Origin: Octopus sinensis
Taxonomy: Eukaryota
Reading direction: 5' to 3'
NCBI RefSeq assembly: GCF_006345805.1
Contig: NC_042998.1
Coordinates: 40,176,001 to 40,240,000, forward strand
DNA: 64,000 nucleotides
In this document: in pieces, positions 1 through 11,978 of the stretch
How the letters are laid out: the number at the start of each line of letters is the position of its first letter
Position numbering within the stretch: the first letter of the stretch is position 1
Notes under the pieces: generated by a model
What the model was told of the DNA's origin: nothing
What the model saw: the letters and a program-made list of their open reading frames with translations, nothing else
Databases searched by the model: none
Made by a program: the position numbers and the translations under genes

Positions 1-149
1 ATAAAATGCTTATAAAATGCTTATGAAATGCTTATGTAATATTGTATTATTTGTTTACAAAATAAATATAAGATAAAAGAAATTATCCACTTTTATTGTA
101 TTCATTAAATATATTGTTTCTGGTATAAATTAATATTACTAATAAATAT

Positions 150-302
150 TCCTTTCTATTATAAGCACAAGGCCTGAAATTTCAGGGGAGGATGAAAAGC
201 AAAATTGACCTCAGTTGTATTTGAACTCAGAATGTAGCAACGGGTGAAATACCACCAAGCATTTCGTCCAGCGTGCTAACGATTCTGCCAGTTCACCATC
301 TT
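150..302 (-). mobile_element. tRNA-derived SINE, Nin-domain-like family (internally deleted copy)
   Basis: Same head (gctggcagaatcgttagcacg..gagttcaaat) and tail (ggccttgtgcttataatagaaagg) as the copies at 32983-33695. Confidence 0.75.
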
Positions 303-1189
303 CTAAGAAATATTACTAAGAACTATTACTGGTCCCTGGCACATTGGGAAAAAAAGCTGCTGGTATGCCACATCAGATAGTTTGAGAAGCACTGGTGTAT
401 GGTATCTCTTCAATGATTAATTTGTTAATTGTTTCAAAGTACCGAGCAATAAAAAGAAAGAGAACTGGGAATAAGAACTGAGATTTGTCTAGAAATGGAA
501 GCTGAAGTGTACATGAAGATCAGTGAAAATGGGTACAATAGCATAAAGAGTAAAATTTATTTATGAGTGTCACTTCACAACTAGTAGCATAATTACAAAG
601 TAAATATGGATATATTTAATAGTGCCATTAAAATAAAAAGTAGTGTTGCTCAAAAAAAAAAAAAAATTGACAACTATTCTGTGATGGAAATTGCATGAAC
701 CAACAAACACTTGATGGTCATTTTGGCTCTTATTGAAATGTTTTTGCTTTCCTCTGTGCTTTAAGTGGTTCCACTTGCAAATAGGAACTTTTCATATCCT
801 TTTATAACTACTTGTTAGACTTAAATAAGTAATTGCTGAGTTAAAAAAGAGAAAAAGGAAGGAGTAGGCTGGAAATAAAAGTACATGGAATAGTTTAACA
901 ATCAAATTTGTTTTGTACAAAATTTGAATTTATACTGCATTTTAATAAAGTGGTATGGAAAAAATTTGCTACCTTGAGTGGGAAATTAGTATGTAAGGTG
1001 CATGAAAGGAATCAATCTTACTAAAACATACCATTAATTTTCCCTGCTTCATACAGTTTCTGTGCCAGATTGTCAACTAGGATTTCAATGTCATTACAAC
1101 ATGGTTGAAGTTCTTCAGGTGTGAAAATATCATTCACAATAAGAAAACCCTGATATTAAATAGAAGAGAATGATATATAATGTTTTAGA

Positions 1190-2300
1190 AAGCAATGATT
1201 GAAAAGGTTATATAGCACAAGTGATTAGAGACAGAATTAACCTTGATGAGATGCAGTTTGGATTTGTTAGGAAGAGGTACTGATGCCCTCTTCCTAGAGA
1301 GAAAACTGTAAAACTTGACAAAAACTTAGCTGTTATACCTAATATTTGTTGATCTTGCAACCGCTTTTAATTGGGTTTTATGCTCTGTAATTTGGTGGCT
1401 GTTAAAGAAGGCTACATGAATGTCTTGTGAGGATCATGAAAACAGGAGTGGGTGGCAAAGTAAGAGTGAATAGTGAATACAGCAATGAATTTAATATGCA
1501 AATAGGGGTTCGTTATGGCTCAATCCTCAGTCACATTCTCTTTACCTAAGTTTTCAGCTCATAGCAAAGATTAAAGTTTTAGTTAGAAAGAAGACAAGTC
1601 TCTGATAACACCAAGGAAATAGCTACGTATGATTTGCAATAAAGGAGACATAGAAATTCTATATTGTACCCAGAGTAAACCAGGGATACACAAGAGATGT
1701 AGTGAGATAACAGATTAACAAAGAAGGTGAACTTCATATAAGATGGATGCACAAAAGTAGTTATCTAGGTGACCAAATTAGCAGTGGAGCTAGGTGTTCT
1801 GAAAGAACAGTGACCAGAGTAAGATAGACTGGAAAAAGTTCAGGTAATTTTTATTTCTTTTGGTTACAAAGTTTCTCTCTCAGATAAACGTCAGACTGTA
1901 TGATGTTTGTTTACAAAACGTGATGCTGCTAGGTGAACCATGGACATTAAATGCAGATTTGTGAAGGTTTAAAAGTAACAAAGTGAGCATACTCCATTGC
2001 ATTTGTAATGATAGTATGTATGATTGGTGGGACAAAAGTGAGGTGAGAAAAAAAAAATGGATACGATAGGAATTAGATGTAGTGTGCAAGAAAGGAAACT
2101 GAAGTTGTATGGACATGTGATGCGTAGGGAAGATGACAACCGCATAAAGAAATTAAAGGCACTCACAATAGATGGAAACTGTGAAGCAGAGAAACAGACA
2201 TAGGAAGACATGGGATGAAGTATTTAAGAATGATATCAGAATGCTTTGCCTCTCATAGGAGATGACAAAAGACTACACTAACTGGAGAAGACCCATCCCC
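1190..2300 (+). mobile_element. Decayed RTE-clade LINE (RT and 3' region)
   Basis: Broken frames give DEMQFGF, LIFVDLATAF, YLGDQISSG, LYDVCLQNVMLLGEPW and LYGHVMRRED; the 3' part is homologous to 38745-39340. Confidence 0.8.
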
Positions 2301-3751
2301 ATGTAGTTATGGTGAAATGAACATTAAAATGGAGAGAGGAATAGCAGCTGAAAGGTATAATATATTTACATATTTAGTGTCTTACCCAGTGTGACCCTGT
2401 TAAATCACTATCTGCTGTTGTTCACCTTTTGGATTTCCTTTCATCTCTATCTCTCAGCTTGTTCTTACTCATCTTTTATCACTTATTTTCTCTCCATTCA
2501 TCTTCTTGTCTATTTATTGTACCAAGCAACCTTTGTAAGTAGGTATGGCATTAGTTTGTCCCTGATCCTGTCATCTCTCTGACACTCTTATTCACTACAC
2601 CATACTGCCTGGGTAAAGTGAAAGCACAGAACCTATCTCCACTCACCCCTATTCTTCCCCCACTGACAATCCTTATCACTTTGTCCCATTAAGATACCTA
2701 TACATGTGGGACTGCATCAGATTTGTTTGAAACCAATATGCTCTACAATCACCCATTCTGTGTCATCAGTCATCACTCCATTTCATCCAATCAGTCATTA
2801 CTGAAATCTGCTGTCTGTAACTCTTACTCATTTCTGTTACTATTCCTCTCAAGAGTTCTCTTTCATAGTAGCAAACACATAACTCCCATCATGTCTCCCT
2901 TCCATTACTCACACCTCTTTCTCTCTACATATTGTTCCTCTAATATGGGTCGTGATAGTGTCTTTATATTGCCCTTCTATGTATCTCATGTGGTACACTT
3001 TCCCATCCCTTCCACCACTCATCCTGGTTCTTTTCCTATTATCTGCTATTTACTATTTTGGGTATATTGTCTTGAATGAACAGAAATCTCATTAGCTTGT
3101 GGGCAATCTTTAACTTTGAGGAGTTCAAGGCAACCTAACTAGTATGAGTGCAACAATTAAATACAGAATGTGCAGACTGTAAATTGAATGGTAGATGAGT
3201 GAAGGTTGCATAAGATCGAGAGACCCTTTTAGTTTGGTGAAGAGTATGACAACCCTTCTAGTGTTAAGTGTTGCAATAAAACGAGTCCAGTACACTCTGT
3301 AAAGTATTTAGTTTTAAGAAGAGCATCCAACAGAAACCAGGCCAAAAATCGAATGTATGAGCAAGGCACAATCCTTTGACCCCCTAGAAAGGCAGCAACA
3401 CCTATTAAGGACTGACATGGAACATGACAACACATCAAAATCCTGCCAGTAGGGAAAACAAATATAAAAATGATGATGATGATGATGATGATGACAATGA
3501 TGACGATGACAATGATGATGGTAATAATTGATCGTGCTTCTTTTATAATTCAAATTTTCACTGTAAATATCTAATACCAGCTTTTAGAATGATAAGTGGG
3601 AGTGATACCAATTTTGAAAAAAACTTTTTTGATCAATGACAGCTATTACATAAACAGTATTACATAAGAATCCTACCCTTTTTACACAGGAAAGCAATTA
3701 TGATTATAATGATGAATGGATATTGTAAAATATATAAGAGAATTCATTTAC

Positions 3752-3895
3752 CTCATCGAAGAATTTCTTTATTTGCTCTTCTGTTAAATGACCTGGTTTT
3801 GCAATTTTAGGTTGAGGTGGAATTTCTGTGAACACATTTGAGTAGAGTTCATTATTCTGGTCAAGAAGAGATGATTTGGGGTGAGTTGATTCCAT
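3752..3895 (-). CDS. First coding exon of a probable phytanoyl-CoA dioxygenase (PhyH) domain 2OG-Fe(II) oxygenase gene
   Basis: ATG at 3895; 48 codons MESTHPKSSLLDQNNELYSNVFTEIPPQPKIAKPGHLTEEQIKKFFDE, then a phase-0 donor GAG|GTAAAT. 'PGxLTEEQIKKFFDE(G)' resembles the usual PhyH-family N-terminal LTxEQxxxFxxxG motif. No later exon was recognised in 1-3751, so the catalytic motifs cannot be checked. Confidence 0.7.
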
Positions 3896-4444
3896 GAGAA
3901 AAGAGTTCTCTGTATGTGCTTCTTTAGTTATGGTTACTATAAGATCATTTGTGATATTTATTTTTCTAACTCAGTTGTATGTGTCGTTATCTAAGATATA
4001 GTTTGGCAGGTAAAGTTACTTTGACATGCCTTGAGTCCAAAGTTCAAGTTTAATTAGGTTAGCAGATTACAGCATCTCCTCTTCACTCACCTGAAAAGTG
4101 GGTTATAAGTAACAATACTCTCTAGTTATTTATGTTAGTTGATCATATCATCTCTTTATGTAACTACAATATATATAATTATCAATTGTGAAATTAATTT
4201 ATCTAGCTTGATTACAATTATTTAAAAACAGCAACAAAAGAAAAACAGTTACCTCTGATAAAGGCATGACATTCATGTCTAGGGTTTGAAGCTTACTCAC
4301 ATTTGCATTTTAAAGTGACCGATTTACTAATTAATGCAAGCATATAAATAGTATGATAATTTTGAAATCTTAGTTGTGGAGACTTGTTATTAAATTCATT
4401 TAATGGTGTTTTTTCAAAACTTATTTTCCCTCACCTTTAAAATA

Positions 4445-4931
4445 CTTAAGCTCTTAGCTCCCAGTGGAACCCAGACAATCAACAACTTCTCATCATAATT
4501 CTCAACTCAGTCCTATCTTTTCTGCATTTCTACAGATGAGTCCCTGCATTATCAGCTCTGCCTCAGTATCCTGTCTCCAGCTATTTTTAGAGCAACCTCT
4601 CTTCCACATCCCTTGTGGGTTCCAGGTCATGTGTTTCCTTGAGGTAAGGTTTCTTTCTCCTGGGTACTGTTGGTTTTGAATAATCATTGATGCTTCTATA
4701 ACTTTGCTTTTTTTTCTAGGTATGGGTGTTAGCCTTATGCAAGCCTGTTTTTACCTCTGAAAAGAAGTGGACCATATTAGTCCAGTCTCTATCCTTTGAC
4801 CTGTCAATCATAGGAAGCCCTGCTAGGAGCTTGCACACTGCTGGCATGCTTGCACACTGCTGGCATAAATCTTATAGTCATTGAGACATACAAACCATTG
4901 CATTACAAGAATCAGACCTTGTGGTGGCCTT
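4445..4931 (-). mobile_element. Bipartite non-autonomous RTE derivative (5' UTR fused to the ORF 3' end)
   Basis: Flanked by the 10-bp direct repeat ctttaaaata (4435-4444 and 4932-4941). The 5' part resembles RTE 5' UTRs (..gtctcaatgac..atgcca..gggcttcc..gacaggtcaaagg..ggctaacaccc). The 3' part encodes TWNPQGMWKRGCSKNSWRQD, an RTE C-terminal motif. Internal 19-bp tandem duplication at 4829-4866. Confidence 0.75.
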
Positions 4932-5452
4932 CTTTAAAATAGTATATTCTGTTAAAATTTGTGTGAAACCAGAAAGCCATGGCTAAAATTGTATCATACA
5001 TACCTTATAAGAGATCAGTTTTCTTTTGTCTTTTTTCTTTCTTCTTGTCTTTCTTTCATTGTTCTGTGTTTTCCCCTCTAACCAAGCCTCCAAAAATTCA
5101 TCACAGATCCACTCCTACTGACACATACATACATACTTACATATATACACACATATAGATTCAAAATAACAAATAACATTCTCTTCTCAATTCAACTCCA
5201 AATTTTTTCAACTAACTCTTTCTCTCACACACACACACAAATACAATTAAAACTGAGAATTTTTACTTATTCTTTTATTAATCCATTGTTTTTCTACTGC
5301 ATCTTGATCGAGTATGGATATCTGCTTCATTATATTCTTGCCAGTGTTTTGTGTTCTTTTCACATATACTGCAAATTGTTCCTGCTATATGGGTTGTGAT
5401 GGTGTCTTTATATTGCCCTTCCATGTATCTCATGTGGTACACTATATTTCTG

Positions 5453-5764
5453 TTTTTTTTTGTGCCCTTCTCAAGCCTAGCCAGGCTCATGGGCCCGGTT
5501 TCCCAGTTTCTGTGGTGTATGTGTTCCCCCCAGCTGGATGGGCTGCCAGTCCATCGCAGCAATACTCAAGAAACAGGAAGAAAGAGTGAGAGAAAGTTGG
5601 GGCGAAAGAGTACAACAGGGGTTGCCACTACCCCCTGCTGGAGCCTCGTGGAGCTTTAGGTGTTTTCGCTCAACAAACACACACTACGCCCAATCTGGGA
5701 ATCGAAACCGCGATCCTCCAACTGCAAGTCCTCTGCCCTAACCACTGGGCCATTGCGCCTCCAC
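5453..5764 (-). mobile_element. Full-length tRNA-derived SINE (V-domain-like body) with TSD
   Basis: A box TGGCCCAGTGG, B box GGTTTCGATTCCC, body gctgcgatggactggcagcccatccag, poly-A tail; 9-bp TSD atatttctg (5444-5452 and 5765-5773). Confidence 0.85.
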
Positions 5765-6619
5765 ATATTTCTGGTTTTGCAGATAGAGAATTTCTTTATT
5801 TCTTTACTTTAATTGTGGATTATATTAGCATGTATGCATATTTAAATACCAGTACATATTAACAAAAGCCAAGTTACATATGTTTATTCTCACTTACAAT
5901 CATATGACATTTGATTGCTCTTTCTACTTCTAATTCTTTGATATCATATTTCAAGGAGAAATAATTTTAACTGTTATGAATCAAATTTCTTAATGTTTGA
6001 ATTGAAAAGGATCAGTCTAAAATTATTTTTTTGCATTTATAGATTCATAATATTTATTGTACAAAAAGCTACTAGTAAAAGTGGAGATTATTTGTTAAAA
6101 CAATAAATCTATAAAATGTAATTATATATTTATACATGTGTGAATGTGCATAAGTGTATATATGTGAATATCATTGTATACACACATACATGCATGCATG
6201 TACACACACTTGCTCACGCAGACACACACACATGCACGCATGCACACGCACACACACACATGTAATTGAATTTATCTCAGTATATATATAAACCAGTAGT
6301 TTATTCTATTGGTTCCAGAGAGATGAAAAGCAAATTAACATTTGTGAGGTTTGAACCAAGAATACAATCTTTATCTGTATGTGTTCTCTTTCTTTCTTTC
6401 CATCATTTCCCCTATGTATTGCCTTGATTTTTTTTTCTTGTATCATCCTTATTCTCTATATTTTCTAATTAAGATGTTTGTTTTGGAATCATATGGCTCT
6501 GGGTACAATGCCACAGAGTGCCATTTTCAGCAAGTCTTTTATTATAGCTCTAAGTTGACCAATACTTTGCAACAGAAATTTGGTAGATGGAAACTTTGCA
6601 GAAACTAGTCACATTATCA

Positions 6620-8290
6620 TCATTTTATGCGTTTGAATTGGTTGGTCAGGTTTTCCCTTGTACAGTGTTTCACCACATGTTTTGGTCCATTATTATTTCT
6701 ATCATGAAGTTTAGCCTTCTGAAATCATCTTACAACATTTCCCAAGTCTTCCACTGCTATTAAATTCCACTTGTATCTCCTGGCATTTTTTTCATTCAAC
6801 TGTCACCCTTCATATGTATCACATGTGTGTACCAGTGCAGTTTGTTCAGTAGCACACTATAGATGATTCATTTTATTATCAGTTTACCTCTTAACTAATT
6901 TGTACTTTGTAGTTTGTTTACTCTAACATTACATATCCAGTAGAACATGGTTACCTCATTTCTCTCCAGCCTTATCCACTGCATTGAACGTTTATGCAAT
7001 ATTACATTTTATGCACAAGTATCATAAAATTTGTTCTTTATTATTTTTGTTGGCTGTAGGAATAATAATTCACTGAACTTTTTCCCTCTTTCTTTTCATT
7101 CTGACTACTATTCTTTCAGAATACTTACCTCCACAATTAATCAGATAACCTGAGTAACAGAATCTACTTCTAGGAAGCTTTCCAGCTATCTAAAAAAAAC
7201 TATTATATATGTACTTGATCTGATAATAAATGGGCACCTTTCTTTTCTGACTGTCTGCCTGTTAATCCCACTGCATCTCTTGTGCACCCACATAAAATTA
7301 CCAACCAACCAACCATCCCTCCCTCCCTTCTGTAAAATGAATCAAAATATTAGTTAGAACGATGTCCTCATCTTGATTATTGCTTTCACTATGTTTTGGC
7401 TGTATCAGTTCTAGCCTTCTTCAGGTGTTTTGTGATTCACCTCAGTGCCTTGCCTGGGATTGAACTCAGGACTTCTAAGTGATTGCACAGTATCAACCAG
7501 TATTCTTATCCACTACATTATGCCTGTATGCAGTGTTCTTATTCACACTAGCTTGCTGCTTTCCATTTTTTAAAGGCTAACAATGCAGAACATTGGCAAA
7601 ATGCTTACTTTCAGTAATTGTCCTTGTTAAGCAAACTTGATATCTTGCTTCTCTTCCAGATTCCCGACACTGTTCTTAATTGCCCAATTTCTTCCATTCT
7701 TTTTAGAATCCTCTCTTAGCTTTTATGGTCCAAGCCACTATGCCATTCCACCACCATATCACTTTGTTGGTTGGGAACTTATTCCATTCAGAGAACTGGT
7801 TGTCTTGTAGAAACTCCCAGTTGTCTTTTGTGTGATAAACCTCTATCTCCTTCTGGTCATCATAATCTCACTTAATACTTCTTTGAAGCTATATTAAGCC
7901 AAAGGAACTTTCAGTTTCCATTCTTTCTCTAAATTGGCTTGTCTCTCTGGGTTTATCTAGCTCTTGTTTTGATTTCACTGATTTCTATGCTGAGTGGTAC
8001 ATTTTTCCGGGAAAAGACTCAGTATTCACAACCATCTGTCCTTAGTCAGTGAGGAGTGTATCTGGCTTATGTGTTCACCCGAGTGATAAGTGGTCTGGTA
8101 AAGTTCAAGAAATTGATCAGTTTTCTGTGATGGAAATGACCTAATCATAGAGCTCATAGGACCTTGGTTCCTTTTCATTCTGTGTACCAATTTAACCTCC
8201 ATGAGCATTAAAACTACTATCATTATGTTACTGTGTCCATTTAAGTCACTAGCAATGTTACTGTTGGTTGTTACTAAGGTGGTCTGCAAG
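6620..8290 (-). mobile_element. Highly decayed RTE-like LINE remnants
   Basis: Fragments such as LHWYTHVIH, RLERNEVTMFYWMCNVRV and LLRLSD mirror the RTE 3' segment at 38.8-39.3 kb. The part at 7.6-8.3 kb is only weakly recognisable and the boundaries are approximate. Confidence 0.5.
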
Positions 8291-8324
8291 ACAACCTAAC
8301 AGAAAAACAAAACCCTTTTGCTTA

Positions 8325-9419
8325 TTAGGTGGTATCAAAAGGTTCCTGAACTAGTTATGTTCAATAAAAAATAAGACTATTAAAAAAGGTTTCAAGACGC
8401 AATGAAAATTTTAGGAAAATATAAATAAGAAATAAGTGGAAATTTTACCGGTGAGTGTGTTAAATTATAAGGCACAAAAAGAAAATGACTCTCCCCAGAC
8501 ACAACAGAATATGCTTCAACACACGAACTCACATAGAGAATCTTGCAAACCAAATCCAAAAACGAAATTATTTACCTAAGTTTTAACATCATCTCCTTTG
8601 AAATAGTTACCTTGTGCAGCAATACCATGGTCCCAGCGTTTCTGTCACTTTTGAGAGTTGTTTTCTATAAATGAGTCGAGGACCTTCAGCGGTTCACTCT
8701 GGATCTTGACAATGGTGTTAAAACAGCAACCGCTGAGCTGCATTTTCATCTTAGGGAAGAGATAGAAGTCTGCAGGTGCTAAATCTGGTGAATAGGACAG
8801 GTGCAGAAGCAATACCTTGTTGTTTTTGGTGAGAAACTAATGAGTGAGGAGGGCTTCATGACAGGGTGCATTGTCCTCATGAAGAATTCAATTCTTTGTG
8901 CTCCACAGATCTGATCACTTTTGCTGAACCCCCTCCCTCAAACACTTCAAAACATCGCAGTAGAACTCTTAATTGATGGTCTGGCCCTGGAGGATGAATT
9001 CTTGACGCACAATACTGTGGATGTCGAAAATAATGATGAACATGCTCTTAATTGAACTGCAGCTCTGTCTTGCAGCTTTTGAAGAGCCTGTGCCACTCAA
9101 AACATTGCATATGGCTCACTGCCTCACCATAAGCTTGCTGAAGCATGCTCAATCTCTTTGTGGCAGACTCCCCAAGTTTAATGCAAAATTTCACATTGGC
9201 TCATTGTTCCAGCTTCCTGTCCATGACAAAAATCACAGACCACAGCATACATGTGATCACAAAAACACAAATTTCACAACTTGCAAAGTAATCACAGGGC
9301 TGTCACTTGGCACACTGCCTTATGACGGTGACTGCTAGCTCTCACTGTTCATGCAACTGTATGCTGCAATCTCTTTACCCTCTACAGAACTAGTCCAGGA
9401 ACTTTTTGATACTATCTTA
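8325..9419 (-). mobile_element. Mariner transposon, internally deleted and inactive
   Basis: About 30-bp TIRs (ttaggtggtatcaaaaggttcctgaactagtt / aactagtccaggaactttttgatactatctta) flanked by TA. Minus-strand remnants: LEQ*ANVKFCIKLG (HTH), LHEDNAPCH, YSPDLAPADF and RWDHGIAAQGNYFKGD. Confidence 0.9.
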
Positions 9420-10020
9420 TATCTATCAGTTTTTATTATGGTATATTAGCAGAAGTCACTGTTACTGTAGTGTTGGCAATGACTAGTCTAAGTCTGATTG
9501 CTCTGACTACTTCAATTACTCCATTTCTCTGTCAACAATATACTTACTCCTCCCGTTCCAGCACTATTACCTACCTAGAAGTATTTCTGCATGTGTTCTT
9601 GGCCTGTGAAGAGTCTGGTACAGACTCCCCTCCATCACATCTCTGCTGTAGCAGCTCGCCTACATTTTTTTAGATTTATCTTTCATTTTGTTTGTGAAAA
9701 CTGGTGTAAATTGGTTGGTCAATAAGTTACAACCCTTTAGAAGTAAAAGTTGGCCATTTCATAAACTATGTACCAAACTCAAGTAACTTCACTGACTGAA
9801 ACCAATAAGACAATAAACATTTGCACACACACACACATGCATACACACACACATGTAAAGATACGTGTAAAAATGTGAGTGGGAAGTTTTAAAATATTAA
9901 TTTTGCTATATCTTCAGGTGATGGCTCTTCACACTAATAGAAGTTAATAGAGTGTGATCCTGCCTATGGTTTTATGTAGCTAATGCATTTTTCAATACAG
10001 GAAAACAAAGATTTCTCTTC

Positions 10021-10249
10021 TTAGCCCTTTTGTGACCATAATTCTAATGAAATACACTGCCTACATGCTTCAATTAATTTTGAAATTAGTGAAGAATTTG
10101 AAGAACTTTGGTAAAGCAACTAATTTGAAAAAGGTTCTTCATAAGATTATAATGGAAAATCTTAATTAAATATGAACACTTTAAAAAGCAAGGTTTTGTA
10201 TCATGAAACTAGATACAGTCTCAGACAAGTTGGCATCCAAAAAGGTTAA
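10021..10249. mobile_element. About 220-bp TTAA-type (piggyBac-like) MITE
   Basis: Ends ttagccctttt...aaaaggttaa; internal sequence shared with 15188-15409, 18956-19161 and a partial copy at 37120-37206. Confidence 0.6.
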
Positions 10250-11524
10250 AATATTTCTGGCTACATCATCTATGCTGTATATTCTTATAGACATTTTAAT
10301 TTTGGAATATGCATAAACATGTAACTTTTAGCATGTAGCAGAGCTGTTGCTGCCAATTTAATTCCTAATCTTGAGCGGGTTTGAGATAATATGAAAATTC
10401 TTTGACAGCATATATGAAAGAGCTGAGAAAAAAATGTTACAAAAGAAAGAGTTTAGTTTGAGATTTATATTAAGAGTTACAGCTGAAGATATTCAGAAAA
10501 CAAAAGTTTACAAACATACATACCCATTGAATTCTAGCATTCATCTATTAAAAAACCTCTTTACAATGAAATAAGATTGTTAGGCATTCTAAGAAGGAAA
10601 CCATTGACAGATAAGAGGCAGCACATGTGTATTAGCTCTGAATTGTGATATATTCTTGTCCCGGTGTCCCCCACTACCAACAATTTTAAGGATCTTTGGA
10701 GTGTTTTTAGATCTTTGAGAGAGCTCATTCTGTGGAAGAACAGTTAAATGGATTTCTCAAATAGGCTCAGGTGTTTGTCTTATTTTTTACCAAAAAAAAA
10801 AATATTGCTTAGTAAATAGACTTGAACTAGAAGAATGAACAGAAAATAATACCCTAGTTTATCTCTGATCAAATGGTTCCAGCCATAATGACCTGAAAAA
10901 ATTTGTCCCCGGCATTCAAACTTTCTAGGATGCTCATGTCAGGAACATACAAAATGTTACACTTTTTTCAAGATGATATGATGTGATTTGAGGTAAATTT
11001 GACTACTACTTCTAACAAGTGCATCAACTACTTAGAGTATTCTTTGTTAACTCAAAATAATGGGTTTAGATTATGGTTGTTTATCTTCAAATTTTCTATT
11101 AAATTTGAAAAGAAACCTTTACAAAGATGCAGTTATAAATAATGTCCCATATCATTAGTACACAACTGAAAATTCCATTTTATTTAGTAATTCAAGGAAG
11201 CATAGAGGGGAATTGCTTTTGTTATCATCTGTAGGTAAATACAAGGATTTAAGTTTATTATTGCAACACAACAAAGCACTTTTTACTTATATAAAAAATC
11301 TTACAATTTACACTGATGAATTATTGAGAGTTAAGCGTCCATGAGAAAGAGCCATACTTAGCACACAAAGTATCAGCCTTTCATAGGCAGGATCACACTC
11401 TATTAACTTCGCTGACTGTAACTGTGATTCAGTTTAGCTTAGCAGACATTCTGTATACAAAAATGTTTCTTCAGCTAATGATCAATTGTTAACCTGTATT
11501 TTTTATCTTCTAATTCTTTCATTA

Positions 11525-11740
11525 ATATTGGTTTCAAATTTTGGTACAAGGCCAGCAATTCCAGGGAAGGGTAAGTTGATTATATTGACCCAGTGCTCAA
11601 CTGGTACTTATTTTATTGACCTTAAAAGGCTGAAAAGCAAAGTCAACCTCAGTGGAATTTGAATTTAGAATGTAAAGATGGATGAAATGCTGCTAAGCAT
11701 TTTGCCTGGCATGCAAATGATTCCGCCAGCTCATACTTTT
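11525..11740 (-). mobile_element. Nin-domain-like SINE (left member of an inverted pair)
   Basis: Reverse complement of the family pattern: head gctggcggaatc, B box, ctttgcttttcag..gtcaataaaataagtaccag. Confidence 0.85.
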
Positions 11741-11761
11741 ACTAATATAACAATTGTCTCT

Positions 11762-11978
11762 AAAGTGGTAAGCTGGTAAAATTGTCAGCACACTGGACAA
11801 AATGCTTAGTGACATTTTGTCTGTCTTTATGTTCTGAGTTCAAATTCCGCTGAGGTTGATTTGCCTTTCATCCTTTTGGGGTTAATAAAATATATACCAT
11901 TTGAATCCAAGGGTTGATATAATTGACTTACCCCAATCCTTGAAATTGCTGGCCTTGTGCAAAATTTGAAACCAATAT
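11762..11978 (+). mobile_element. Nin-domain-like SINE (right member of an inverted pair)
   Basis: gctggtaaaattgtcagc..gttctgagttcaaattccgctgagg..gcctttcatccttttggggttaataaa..ggccttgtgcaaaatttgaaacc. Confidence 0.85.

Noticed and set aside
5690-5764. tRNA gene
   Set aside because: The A and B boxes belong to a SINE head that continues into a body, a poly-A tail and a TSD. The same applies to the other tRNA-like heads.
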